DNA of 64,000 nt from Anaeromyxobacter sp. (GTDB taxonomy: Bacteria; Myxococcota; Myxococcia; Myxococcales; Anaeromyxobacteraceae). The notes under the pieces are model-generated. The model worked only from the letters and a program-made list of their open reading frames with translations, had not been told where the DNA came from and searched no databases. Below are positions 43,118 to 53,894 of this stretch, in pieces. A program made the position numbers and the translations under genes. Where the stretch lies: the NCBI GenBank assembly GCA_049840735.1, contig JASGJN010000017.1:192001-256000 (forward strand). Reading direction: 5' to 3'. How positions within the stretch are numbered: position 1 is the first letter of the stretch; each line of letters opens with the position of its first letter.

Positions 43118-43854
43118 CACGCACCGCCTCCGCTGGCGGTGGCGCAGGCGGGGGCCGGCGCGTCCTCCAGCGGCTGGGTGCCTGCGCAGGCGGGGCAGCC
43201 GGGCCGCTTGCGCACCAGCACCAGGCGCGACTTGCCGCTGCGGGCCTCGTAGGTGAGCAGGCGACCGTCGTAGGCGCCGCGCTCGCCGGCCAGCAGCCGC
43301 AGCGCCTCGGCGCCCATCAGCGCGCCGGCGAAGCCCGCCACCGGCCCCAGGATCCCGGCCTGCGAGCAGGACGGCACGCTCCCCTCCGGCGGCGGCGCCT
43401 CGAAGAGGCAGCGCAGGCAGCCGCCCAGGCCGCCGGGGGCCACGGTCAGCACCTGCGCGGTGGTGCGGAGCACGCCGCCGTGGACCAGCGGGACGCCGGC
43501 GCGACGGGCCGCGTCGTTGGCCAGGAACTTGGTGGCGAAGCTGTCCGAGCCGTCCACCACCACGCCCACGCCGGACAGCAGCGGCAGCGCGTTGGCCGCG
43601 GAGAAGCGCTCGTCGTGGACGTCCACCTGCAGCGCCGGGAAGAGCGCGCGCAGCCGGGCCGCGGCCGCGGCCGCCTTGCGGCTGCCCAGGTCGGCCTCGC
43701 CGAACAGCGGCTGGCGGTTCAGGTTGGAGGTCTCGACCGCGTCGCACTCGACCAGCGCGACCCGCGCGACGCCGCCCTGGGCGAGCGTCAGCAGGGCCGG
43801 GCCGCCCAGGCCACCGGCTCCGATCACGAGGGCGCTCTTCTGGGAAGGGCTCAT
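43117..43854 (-). CDS. HesA/MoeB/ThiF-family E1-like adenylyltransferase lacking the N-terminal RYxRQ segment
   Basis: VIGAGGLG, D.VETSNLNRQ, DGSDSF, CLRC, PSCSQAGILG, CPAC. Confidence 0.9.
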   Translation of the reverse strand: MSPSQKSALVIGAGGLGGPALLTLAQGGVARVALVECDAVETSNLNRQPLFGEADLGSRKAAAAAARLRALFPALQVDVHDERFSAANALPLLSGVGVVVDGSDSFATKFLANDAARRAGVPLVHGGVLRTTAQVLTVAPGGLGGCLRCLFEAPPPEGSVPSCSQAGILGPVAGFAGALMGAEALRLLAGERGAYDGRLLTYEARSGKSRLVLVRKRPGCPACAGTQPLEDAPAPACATASGGGA

Positions 43855-43911
43855 GGGCTGGCCGGTCATAGCCCGCGGCCGGGGCGCCGGCAAGCCGGGG
43901 AGCAGCCCCCG

Positions 43912-44289
43912 TCAAAACACCAGCAGCCGCCCGGCCCGCCCGGCCTTCCAGAGCGCCGGGAGGCTCTCCACGCCGTCCAGCGCGGCGGCGGCGGTGGCGG
44001 GGTCCAGCCCGGCCAGCCGGAGGGCGGTGTCGCACGCCACCACCCGGAGCCCCAGGTCCCGGCGGGCCTCCTGCAGCGTGGCGGCCAGCGGGGCCACCCG
44101 CGCCGGGCCGGCCTCCGGCGGCGCCCCCTCGTCGAAGGTCCCCGCCGCCCAGCGGCGGAGCGGGTCGAAGAAGAGCGCCACCGTGACCGGGTCGCCGAAG
44201 GCCGCGGCGGTGATCCCCACCGTCACCGCCTGGTAGCGCGCCTCCCAGCCCTGCCCCTGCAGGAAGATCACCACCGGCGCTGCGCTCAC
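43912..44289 (-). CDS. DsrE/DsrF-like protein
   Basis: TAAAFGDPVTVALFF, LQEARRDLGLRVVACDTA, ends LLVF; GTGA-coupled to the Hsp70 fusion. Confidence 0.7.
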   Translation of the reverse strand: MSAAPVVIFLQGQGWEARYQAVTVGITAAAFGDPVTVALFFDPLRRWAAGTFDEGAPPEAGPARVAPLAATLQEARRDLGLRVVACDTALRLAGLDPATAAAALDGVESLPALWKAGRAGRLLVF

Positions 44290-46493
44290 GCCTTCCCCTT
44301 GCCGAACAGCTTGCCGAAGAGCCCGCGCTTCTGGGCCGAGGCGCCGGCGGCGGCCGGCGGCGGGAGCGCGTCGATGGGCCGGGCGCCGCGCGGGGCGGCC
44401 TGCGGGTCCGGCACCTGCAGCTTGGCGCGGATCGACTCCGGCGTGTCCAGCGTGGCGAACTGGGCGGCGGTGACCTGGCCGGTGGAGAGCTCGCGCGCGG
44501 TGACGGTGAGGATCCCCTCCGCGCCCACGGCGAACTCCACCGAGACCTTCACCTCGCCGCGCGGGCGGGCCGGCAGGTGGGACACCCGCACCGTGCCCAG
44601 GTACTCGCACTCGGAGACCCGGGGCGAGTCGCCCTGGAAGACCTGCAGCTCGAGCTCGGTCTGGCCGTCGCGGGTGGTGGCGTGCTCGTGGGCCTTCTTG
44701 GCCGGCAGCCGGGTGTTGCGCGGCAGCACCGGGGCCATCCGGCCGCCGGGCAGCCCCACCCCGATCCCCATGGCCAGCACGTCGATCAGCACCACCGAGT
44801 CGATCCGGCCGGCGCTGTCGGCCAGCAGCGCCGCCCCCAGCGCCACCGCCTCGTCGGGGTGGACGCTCTTGTTGGGCTCGCGCCCCAGCTCCTCGCGGAT
44901 GCGCTGCCACACCAGCGGCATGCGGCTCTGGCCGCCCACCAGCAGCACCTCGTCCAGCTCGGACGGCGCGATGCCCTTCTCGGCCAGCACCTCGCGGCAG
45001 GTCTCCAGCGAGCGGTCCACCAGCCGCGCGGTCAGCTCCTCCAGCTCCGCCCGCGTGACCTCCACCTCCAGCGAGACCTCCTGGCCGGAGGGCGAGCGGC
45101 ACAGGTACGGCGCGCGGGCCACGGCCCGCTCCGCGCCGGAGAGCGCCACCTTGGTCTCCTCCGCGGCGTCGCGGATCCGCTGCCACACCACGCGGTCGTC
45201 GGGCGGGGTGAAGCCGTGCGTCTCCATGAAGCGCCAGACCAGGTGGTCCACCAGCTGGGCGTCGAAGTCCACGCCGCCGAGGAAGGTGTCGCCGCCGGTC
45301 GAGACCACCTCGTAGACGTCCCCCTGGATCTCCAGCACCGAGGCGTCGAAGGTGCCGCCCCCCAGGTCGTAGACCAGGATCCGCTTCTCCAGCCCCTTGC
45401 CGTACCCGAAGGCCAGCGCCGCCGCCGTGGGCTCGTTGACGATCCGCTCCACCGTCAGCCCCGCCAGCGCGCCCGCCTCGCGCACCGCGGCGCGCTGGTG
45501 GTCGTTGTAGTAGGCCGGGACGGTGATGATGGCCCGCTCCACCGGCTCGCCCAGCGCCTGGGCGGCCATGTCGCGGATCTCGCGCAGCAGCAGCGCCGCC
45601 ACCTGCTGCAGGGAGAAGTCGCGGTTCGCGAAGCGGACGGCGGCCTCGCCGCCCGCCCCCTCCACGATCTCGTAGTGGAACCGGTCGCGGCAGGCCTGCA
45701 CGGTGGGCGAGGCGAACGGGCGGCCCACCAGCCGCTTGGAGCCGTACACGGTGTGGCGCGGGTTGACGATCATCTGCGCCTTGGCTGCCTGCCCCACCAG
45801 GAGCCGCCCCTGCGCGTCGTAGGCCACGATGGACGGGATGGTCCGGTAGCCCTGCTTCGAGGCGATCACCTCCGGGCGGCCGTCGCGCACGATGGCCGCG
45901 CAGGAGTTGGTGGTGCCCAGGTCGATGCCGATGACGCGCCCCTGCGGCTTGCGCGGGGCGGGCGGGCGCGGCGCGGCGGGCGCGGGGGCCGGCGGAGGTG
46001 CGGCGGCGGCCGGGCGCGCCGGGGGCGCGGCCGCGGGCGCCTCCGGCGGGAGGTCATCCACGTCGTCGAGCGAGATCTCCAGCTCCTCCTCCTCGCCCTC
46101 CCCGTCCTCGCCGGCGACGGGCGTGGGCGGCTCCTCGCTCTTCCCCTCCGGGCCCCGCGTGGCCGCCAGCAGATCCACCAGGGCCCGGCTCTCGCGGGAG
46201 AGGTCGGTGAACTTGACGCCCATGCCGGGCTCGCGGTGCGGCTCGCCGGGCGCGGAGGCGGTCGCGGTCCAGCGCACCACGCCCTTGCCGGTGATGACCT
46301 GGTCGCCGCTCTCGAGCGTGATGTCGAGCAGCACCTCGGTGCCCGGCGGCTGCGGGTCGAGCGTGCGGATGAACATGCCCCCCCGCGACACGTTGAGGGC
46401 GTACCGCTCGACGAAGGCATCCATCGAGCCGTAGGCGAGCCGGAGCTTCAGCTCGACGGGGGTCCGAGGTTCGCGTCGGGGTGGCTGGGGCAC
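44286..46493 (-). CDS. PilZ-like (myxobacterial TIGR02266-type) domain fused to Hsp70
   Basis: RREPR...NVSRGGMFI...GMGVKF, acidic/Pro linker, [24 protein letters not shown]. Confidence 0.88.
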   Translation of the reverse strand: MPQPPRREPRTPVELKLRLAYGSMDAFVERYALNVSRGGMFIRTLDPQPPGTEVLLDITLESGDQVITGKGVVRWTATASAPGEPHREPGMGVKFTDLSRESRALVDLLAATRGPEGKSEEPPTPVAGEDGEGEEEELEISLDDVDDLPPEAPAAAPPARPAAAAPPPAPAPAAPRPPAPRKPQGRVIGIDLGTTNSCAAIVRDGRPEVIASKQGYRTIPSIVAYDAQGRLLVGQAAKAQMIVNPRHTVYGSKRLVGRPFASPTVQACRDRFHYEIVEGAGGEAAVRFANRDFSLQQVAALLLREIRDMAAQALGEPVERAIITVPAYYNDHQRAAVREAGALAGLTVERIVNEPTAAALAFGYGKGLEKRILVYDLGGGTFDASVLEIQGDVYEVVSTGGDTFLGGVDFDAQLVDHLVWRFMETHGFTPPDDRVVWQRIRDAAEETKVALSGAERAVARAPYLCRSPSGQEVSLEVEVTRAELEELTARLVDRSLETCREVLAEKGIAPSELDEVLLVGGQSRMPLVWQRIREELGREPNKSVHPDEAVALGAALLADSAGRIDSVVLIDVLAMGIGVGLPGGRMAPVLPRNTRLPAKKAHEHATTRDGQTELELQVFQGDSPRVSECEYLGTVRVSHLPARPRGEVKVSVEFAVGAEGILTVTARELSTGQVTAAQFATLDTPESIRAKLQVPDPQAAPRGARPIDALPPPAAAGASAQKRGLFGKLFGKGKA

Positions 46494-46636
46494 CGGGAGA
46501 TTCTACCCCCCCTGGGCCGGGTGGCCAGCCCACCGCACGCCCGGACCGCCGGCAGGCCCTGCGAGCAGGCCTTGCGCCGGCCCCCCCGCCCCCGAACCTT
46601 GCCGTGGAAGGCCCCGACGTTCCGGAGGTAACCGCC

Positions 46637-47953
46637 GTGAAGAAGACCCCGACGATCGCGCCTGCCAGGGGGCGCCTGGCCGTGCTGCTCCCCGGGCTGG
46701 GCGCGGTGGCCACCACGCTCATCGCCGGCGTCGAGGCGGTGCGGCGCGGCCTGGCCAAGCCCATCGGCTCGCTCACGCAGATGGGCACCGTGCGCCTGGG
46801 CAAGCGGACCGAGAAGCGCAGCCCGCTCATCCGCGAGCTCCTGCCGATGGCGGCGCTGGACGACGTCCGCTTCGGCGCCTGGGACCCGTTCCCGGACGAC
46901 GCCTACGCCTCGGCGCTCCACGCGCACGTGCTCGATCACGACCTGGTGGAGAGCCTGCGCACCTCGCTCTCGGCCATCCGGCCCATGCCGGCGGTCTTCT
47001 CGCCCGAGTACGTCCGGAAGCTCGACGGCCCCAACGTGAAGAAGGGCAAGAGCAAGCTGGAGCTGGGTGAGGCGGTGCGGGAGGACATCCGCCGCTTCAT
47101 GCAGCAGCACGAGTGCGAGCGGGCGGTGGTGCTCTGGTGCGCCTCCACCGAGACCTGGCTCGCGCCCTCCGCGGTCCACGGGGAGCTCGGCCGGTTCGAG
47201 AAGGCCATGGCCGCGAGCGACCCGGCCATCACGCCCTCCATGATCTACGCCTGGGCCGCGCTCAAGGAGGGCGTGCCCTTCGGCAACGGCGCTCCCAACC
47301 TCACCGTGGACATCCCGGCGCTCCAGCAGCTGGCGAAGAAGCAGGGCGTCGCCATCGCGGGCAAGGACTTCAAGACCGGCCAGACGCTGATGAAGACCGT
47401 GCTCGCCCCCATGCTCAAGGCGCGCCTGCTGGGGCTGGAGGGCTGGTTCTCCACCAACATCCTGGGCAACCGCGACGGCGAGGTGCTGGACGATCCCGGC
47501 TCGTTCAAGACCAAGGAGATCTCCAAGCTCTCCGCCCTGGAGCACATCCTGCAGCCGGAGGTCTACCCGGACCTCTACGGCCACTTCGACCACAAGGTGC
47601 AGATCGACTACTACCGGCCCCGCGGCGACAACAAGGAGGGCTGGGACAACATCGACTTCTTCGGGTGGCTCGGCTACCCGATGCAGATCAAGGTCAACTT
47701 CCTCTGCCGGGACTCGATCCTGGCCGCGCCGGTGGCGCTGGACATCGCCCTCTTCCTGGACCTGGCGCAGCGGGCCGGCCTCTCCGGCATCCAAGAGTGG
47801 CTCTCCTTCTACTTCAAGAACCCCATGGTCGCTGAGGGGCTCTACCCGGAGCACGACCTGTTCATCCAGCTCACCAAGCTGAAGAACACGCTGCGTCATC
47901 TGGCGGGCGAGGAGTTGATCACCCACCTCGGGCTGGACTACTACGAAAAATGA
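46637..47953 (+). CDS. ino1: Inositol-3-phosphate synthase
   Basis: GLGAVAT, WCASTE, NGAP, GKDFKTGQT, NILGNRDG, GDNKEGWD, DSILAAP, FYFKNP. Confidence 0.92.
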   Translation: MKKTPTIAPARGRLAVLLPGLGAVATTLIAGVEAVRRGLAKPIGSLTQMGTVRLGKRTEKRSPLIRELLPMAALDDVRFGAWDPFPDDAYASALHAHVLDHDLVESLRTSLSAIRPMPAVFSPEYVRKLDGPNVKKGKSKLELGEAVREDIRRFMQQHECERAVVLWCASTETWLAPSAVHGELGRFEKAMAASDPAITPSMIYAWAALKEGVPFGNGAPNLTVDIPALQQLAKKQGVAIAGKDFKTGQTLMKTVLAPMLKARLLGLEGWFSTNILGNRDGEVLDDPGSFKTKEISKLSALEHILQPEVYPDLYGHFDHKVQIDYYRPRGDNKEGWDNIDFFGWLGYPMQIKVNFLCRDSILAAPVALDIALFLDLAQRAGLSGIQEWLSFYFKNPMVAEGLYPEHDLFIQLTKLKNTLRHLAGEELITHLGLDYYEK

Positions 47954-48006
47954 GTTAAGCCCCGGGCTGGGGTGGCCGCCTCGGCCCTCCCATCCGAGGA
48001 GAATTC

Positions 48007-48330
48007 ATGGCCTACGTCGTCGCCGAGCCCTGCATCAAGTGCAAGTACACCGACTGTGTCGAGGTCTGCCCCGTGGACTGCTTCTACGAGGGGGCCAACT
48101 TCCTCGTGATCCATCCGGACGAGTGCATCGACTGCGGCGCCTGCGAACCGGCCTGCCCGACCAAGGCGATCTTCCCGGAGGAGAGCCTGCCCTCGAAGTG
48201 GACGGAGTACGTGGCGCTCAACTCCGACCTCTCGAAGAAGTGGCCCAACATCACGGAGAAGAAGGACCCGCTGCCCGACGCCGACGCGTTCAAGGACGTC
48301 GAGGACAAGCGGAAGGACCTCCAGGTCTGA
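48007..48330 (+). CDS. fdxA: 7Fe (FdxA-type) ferredoxin
   Basis: [17 protein letters not shown]...[12 protein letters not shown]. Confidence 0.93.
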   Translation: MAYVVAEPCIKCKYTDCVEVCPVDCFYEGANFLVIHPDECIDCGACEPACPTKAIFPEESLPSKWTEYVALNSDLSKKWPNITEKKDPLPDADAFKDVEDKRKDLQV

Positions 48331-48458
48331 GCCACCTGGGCAGGATTGCGCAGGTGTGCGGGCGGCGCCGGCCAGAATCGGCTGGCGACCGCCTGTCGGC
48401 GCCTTCGAGCCGCTTGCGCCCGGAACGGCCCTTTGCTAGAAACCGTCCGCCTCGAATC

Positions 48459-48540
48459 GCCCAGGTGGTGGAACTGGTAGACACACCATCTTGAGGGGGT
48501 GGCGCCGTAAGGCGTGCGAGTTCGAATCTCGCCCTGGGCA
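48459..48540 (+). tRNA. tRNA-Leu(GAG)
   Basis: GCCCAGG/CCTGGGC acceptor stem, CCATC-TTGAGGG-GGTGG anticodon arm, variable arm, GTTCGAATC. Confidence 0.95.
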
Positions 48541-48546
48541 CAAGGA

Positions 48547-48576
48547 AGGGACCTGCGAAAGCAGGTCCCTTTTTTG
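48547..48576 (+). terminator. Rho-independent terminator
   Basis: AAGGGACCTGC-GAAA-GCAGGTCCCTT followed by T-run. Confidence 0.9.
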
Positions 48577-48696
48577 TTGGTCCGCAGACGTCGAGGCGCT
48601 CCCCTGCCAGCAAGACGCGACGAGGGGGACCCGCGCTCGCGGATCCCCCCGTAATCGCGCCCGCTCGAGGAGCGGGCCGCCTGGCTGGTCGCCGCC

Positions 48697-49043
48697 CTAC
48701 TTGGCGGGCGCCGGCGCTTCCGGCTGGGCCGGGACCACCGGCGCGGGCTGCTGCTGCGCAGGCGCGGTGGCAGGAGCCGGCTGGACCGGCGCCGGGGCCT
48801 GCGTGTCCATCACCGACGCGTTGCGCGACGACTGATAGGCCAGGAACAGCGACGTGCACATGAACACGATGGCCGTGCCGCTGGTGACCTTGCCGAGGAA
48901 CGTCTGGGAGCCGCGGCCCCCGAAGACGGTCTGCGAGCCGCCGCCCAGCCCCGCGCCCATCCCGCCGCCCTTACCGGCCTGGAGGAGGATCACGAGGATC
49001 AGGAAGACGCAGACGATGACGTGCAGGACGGTGACGAGGGTGA

Positions 49044-49047
<4 letters not shown>
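48697..49047 (-). CDS. secG: Preprotein translocase subunit SecG
   Basis: [36 protein letters not shown]. Confidence 0.93.
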
Positions 49048-49804
<757 letters not shown>

Positions 49805-49808
49805 CGTT

Positions 49809-50999
<1,191 letters not shown>

Positions 51000-51050
51000 C
51001 GTCGTTTGACCTTTTGTGAACTACCAGGAGGGGCTTGAAATCGGGGCGAG

Positions 51051-51079
51051 AACCTACTTTTCGCGCCATGGGGCGTCAA
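51051..51079 (-). promoter_or_regulatory. Sigma70-type promoter for pgk-tpiA-secG
   Basis: Minus strand TTGACG-N17-TAGGTT. Confidence 0.6.
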
Positions 51080-51115
51080 CGGAAACCATGGGCCAGCAGG
51101 GCCCCAAAATACGAA

Positions 51116-51144
51116 CGACGGCGCCAGCTTAGCTGGCACCGTCG
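51116..51144 (-). terminator. Probable terminator of the small gene 51175..51410
   Basis: CGACGG-CGCCAGC-TTA-GCTGGCA-CCGTCG hairpin; minus-strand TTCGTATTTT follows. Confidence 0.6.
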
Positions 51145-51174
51145 CCGTGTCGCAGTGCGCCGATGGGCGCAGGC

Positions 51175-51410
51175 CTAGAGCGCAGCCCTCCAGCCACCCG
51201 CCTCCTCGACCGGCGGCGGCATGGGCGCGGCCTCGGCCTCGCCGGTGGCCACCTCGTGCTCGCAGCGCAGATCCTGGGTGACGAGGTCGATCAGCTCGGT
51301 GGAGAGGCTGAGGATTCTGGTTGGTCGAGTAGCCGTTCCCGCGCAGCTCCTTGAAGAGCGACTTCGCGAGGATTCTTGGTTCCCTTGACGTCCAGCGTCC
51401 CTGGCATCAT
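51175..51410 (-). CDS. Small hypothetical protein hidden by two frameshifts
   Basis: Reading GATTC at 51371 and 51313 as GATC gives MMPGTLDVKGTKILAKSLFKELRGNGYSTNQILSLSTELIDLVTQDL... Confidence 0.7.
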
Positions 51411-51638
51411 TGAGCACTCTCCCCCGGCCCGCCGCCCCGCCTCCGTGGCTGCCGATGGCCGGACCATGAGCAAGGGGCAAGCCAACAGCCATGGAGGAGT
51501 GACCAGGCCAAGCTTTTCATGTACTTGCTGCATGGAAGTGCCTGGATGGAGCCAGGCCCAGGTGCGTAGGGAACTACGCATCCCACATCCAGAGGACGGG
51601 CGCCCTGCGTAGCCGTCTTCGCGTCCCGGAGCTGGATC

Positions 51639-53231
51639 GTGCGTTACCGAGTCTCGAACATTCCCCTCTGGCTCGACGAGGACGACGCGCTCTTGACGCG
51701 CCGCGCCGCGGAGAAGCTGGGGCTCTCGAGCGAGCACCTGCGCGAGGTGCAGGTCGTCCGGCGGTCGCTCGACGCCCGCAAGCGCGGGCACCCGCGCTGG
51801 CTGGTGAACCTGGAGCTCTCGGTCGAGGGTGAGCTGCGCGCCCTCCCCTCCGACGTCACCGCCGTCCCGGAGCCCGAGGCTGCGCCGGGCCCGGTGCGCC
51901 GCCCGGAGCGGCCGCCCATCATCCTGGGCGCCGGGCCGGCGGGCCTCTTCTGCGCCTGGGGGCTGCTGGAGCGCGGCGTCCCCTCGATCGTGGTCGATCG
52001 CGGGCGGACGGTGAGCCCGCGCCGGCGCGACGTGGCCGAGCTGATGCGGCGCGGCGCGCTGGACCCCGAGTCCAACATGAACTTCGGCGAGGGCGGCGCC
52101 GGCGCGTACACCGACGGCAAGCTGGGCACGCGCATCCACCACCCGGCCGTGCGCAAGGTGGTGGAGCTCTTCGCCCGCTTCGGCGGTGTGGCCCGGATCC
52201 TGGCCGAGGGGAAGCCGCACGTCGGCTCCGACCTCCTCCCCGGCGCCATCTCCGCCATGCGCGAGGAGCTGGAGCGCGGGGGCTGCCGCTTCCTGTGGGA
52301 GTCGCGGGCGGTGGACCTGGACGTCGCCGGCGGGCAGGTGCGCGGGCTCACGCTGGCCAGCGGCGAGCGGCTGGCCTCGGACCGCGTGATCCTGGCCCCG
52401 GGCAACAGCGCCCGCGAGCTCTACGAGCTGTTCGCCGAGCGCGGCTGGCCCATCGAGGCGAAGCCGTTCGCGGTCGGCTACCGCGCCGAGCACCCGCAGC
52501 CGCTCATCGACCGGATCCAGTACGGGATGGAGCAGCGCCACCCCAAGCTCCCGCCGGCCGACTACAAGCTGGCCGACAACCCGAAGGTCGGCGGCGAGGC
52601 GCGCGGCGTCTTCTCCTTCTGCATGTGCCCGGGCGGCGTGGTGGTGCCCACGCCCACCGAGCCGGACATGCAGTGCACCAACGGCATGTCCAACTCGCAC
52701 CGCTCCTCGCCGCTGGCCAACGCCGGCGTGGTGGTGGCGGTCTCGCCTGCCGACTTCGCGCGCGAGGGGTTCGAGGGGCCGCTGGCCGGCCTGGCCTGGC
52801 AGCGCAAGTGGGAGCGGGCCGCCTACCAGCTGGGCGGCGGCGGCTTCCGGGCCCCGGCCCAGCGCCTCTCCGCCTACCTGGCTGGCCGCCCAGGGGCCGA
52901 GCTGCCGAAGAGCTCCTACCGGCCCGGCCTGACCCGCGCCGACCTCCGCGCGCTCTACCCGGCGCAGGTGCAGGAGGCGCTGGCGCGCGGGCTGCGCACG
53001 TTCGGCCAGCGGATGAAGGGCTACGTGACCGACGACGCCATCCTCATCGGCATCGAGTCCCGCACCAGCGCCCCCTGCCGGCTGGTGCGCGGCGACGATC
53101 TCCAGTCCCCGGGGCTGCGCGGCCTCTACCCGGCCGGCGAGGGGGCCGGCTACGCGGGCGGGATCGTCTCCTCGGCGGTGGACGGCCTCAAGGTGGCGGA
53201 GGTGATCTGCGCCGAGCTGGAGCCGGCATGA
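51639..53231 (+). CDS. Uncharacterised FAD-dependent dehydrogenase
   Basis: GAGPAG, FGEGGAGAYTDGKL, KPHVGSD, SFCMCPGG, GEGAGYAGGIVSSAVDG. Confidence 0.9.
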   Translation: MRYRVSNIPLWLDEDDALLTRRAAEKLGLSSEHLREVQVVRRSLDARKRGHPRWLVNLELSVEGELRALPSDVTAVPEPEAAPGPVRRPERPPIILGAGPAGLFCAWGLLERGVPSIVVDRGRTVSPRRRDVAELMRRGALDPESNMNFGEGGAGAYTDGKLGTRIHHPAVRKVVELFARFGGVARILAEGKPHVGSDLLPGAISAMREELERGGCRFLWESRAVDLDVAGGQVRGLTLASGERLASDRVILAPGNSARELYELFAERGWPIEAKPFAVGYRAEHPQPLIDRIQYGMEQRHPKLPPADYKLADNPKVGGEARGVFSFCMCPGGVVVPTPTEPDMQCTNGMSNSHRSSPLANAGVVVAVSPADFAREGFEGPLAGLAWQRKWERAAYQLGGGGFRAPAQRLSAYLAGRPGAELPKSSYRPGLTRADLRALYPAQVQEALARGLRTFGQRMKGYVTDDAILIGIESRTSAPCRLVRGDDLQSPGLRGLYPAGEGAGYAGGIVSSAVDGLKVAEVICAELEPA

Positions 53232-53509
53232 GGCGGCGGGTCGCCACGCGCTACGTGGTGCGGGACCGCGAGGGGCACGAGCTGATCGTCCCCACGCTGG
53301 CGACGCTCCACCACCTGTACCTGCACGGCTTCCTGTCCGACGACGACCAGGTGCGGCCGGAGCGGAGCCAGCGCTGGGAGACGGTGCGCGACTACCGGGG
53401 GCTGGACGGGGCGCGGGAGACGCGCCCGCCCAGCGCGCGCAAGGTGCTGCTCGTCCTCGGCGCGCTGGTGCTGGTGGCGTTGGCGCTGGGGCTGCTGTTC
53501 GGGCGGTGA
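53228..53509 (+). CDS. Small hypothetical protein with C-terminal TM anchor
   Basis: ATGA overlap with upstream stop; YVVRDREG...GFLSDDDQVR..W (GYF-like), hydrophobic tail. Confidence 0.6.
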   Translation: MRRRVATRYVVRDREGHELIVPTLATLHHLYLHGFLSDDDQVRPERSQRWETVRDYRGLDGARETRPPSARKVLLVLGALVLVALALGLLFGR

Positions 53510-53521
53510 GCCGCCCGGGGC

Positions 53522-53878
53522 CTACTGGCCGCGGCCGTAGTCGTCCTGCACGCGGACCACGTCCTCGACCTCGGGCGTGGAGACCTCGAGCACGTCGATG
53601 TCGGTGACGGCCCGCATCCGGTGCACCGTGCCGGGGCGCACGTGGAAGCTGTCGCCCGGCTTCATCGGGTGGTCGACCAGCTTGCCGTCCACCTGGAGCA
53701 CGAGCACCATCTCGCCGCTCCACAGGTGGATCGTCTCGTCCTTCTTCACGTGGTACTGCAGCGAGAGCTGGCTGCCCGCCTTCACGTGGAGGAGCTTGCC
53801 GACGTACCGGTCGGTCTGGGCCCACCACAGCTCGTGGCCCCAGGGCTTCTCCACCCGCTTCGGCTGCTGGAAGATCAT
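53522..53878 (-). CDS. Cupin domain protein (mannose-6-phosphate isomerase type II-like)
   Basis: VEKPWG, LSLQYH..K.ET, PGTVHR, EVSTP, DVVRVQDDYGR. Confidence 0.85.
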   Translation of the reverse strand: MIFQQPKRVEKPWGHELWWAQTDRYVGKLLHVKAGSQLSLQYHVKKDETIHLWSGEMVLVLQVDGKLVDHPMKPGDSFHVRPGTVHRMRAVTDIDVLEVSTPEVEDVVRVQDDYGRGQ

Positions 53879-53894
53879 CGTTCCCTCATGCTGG

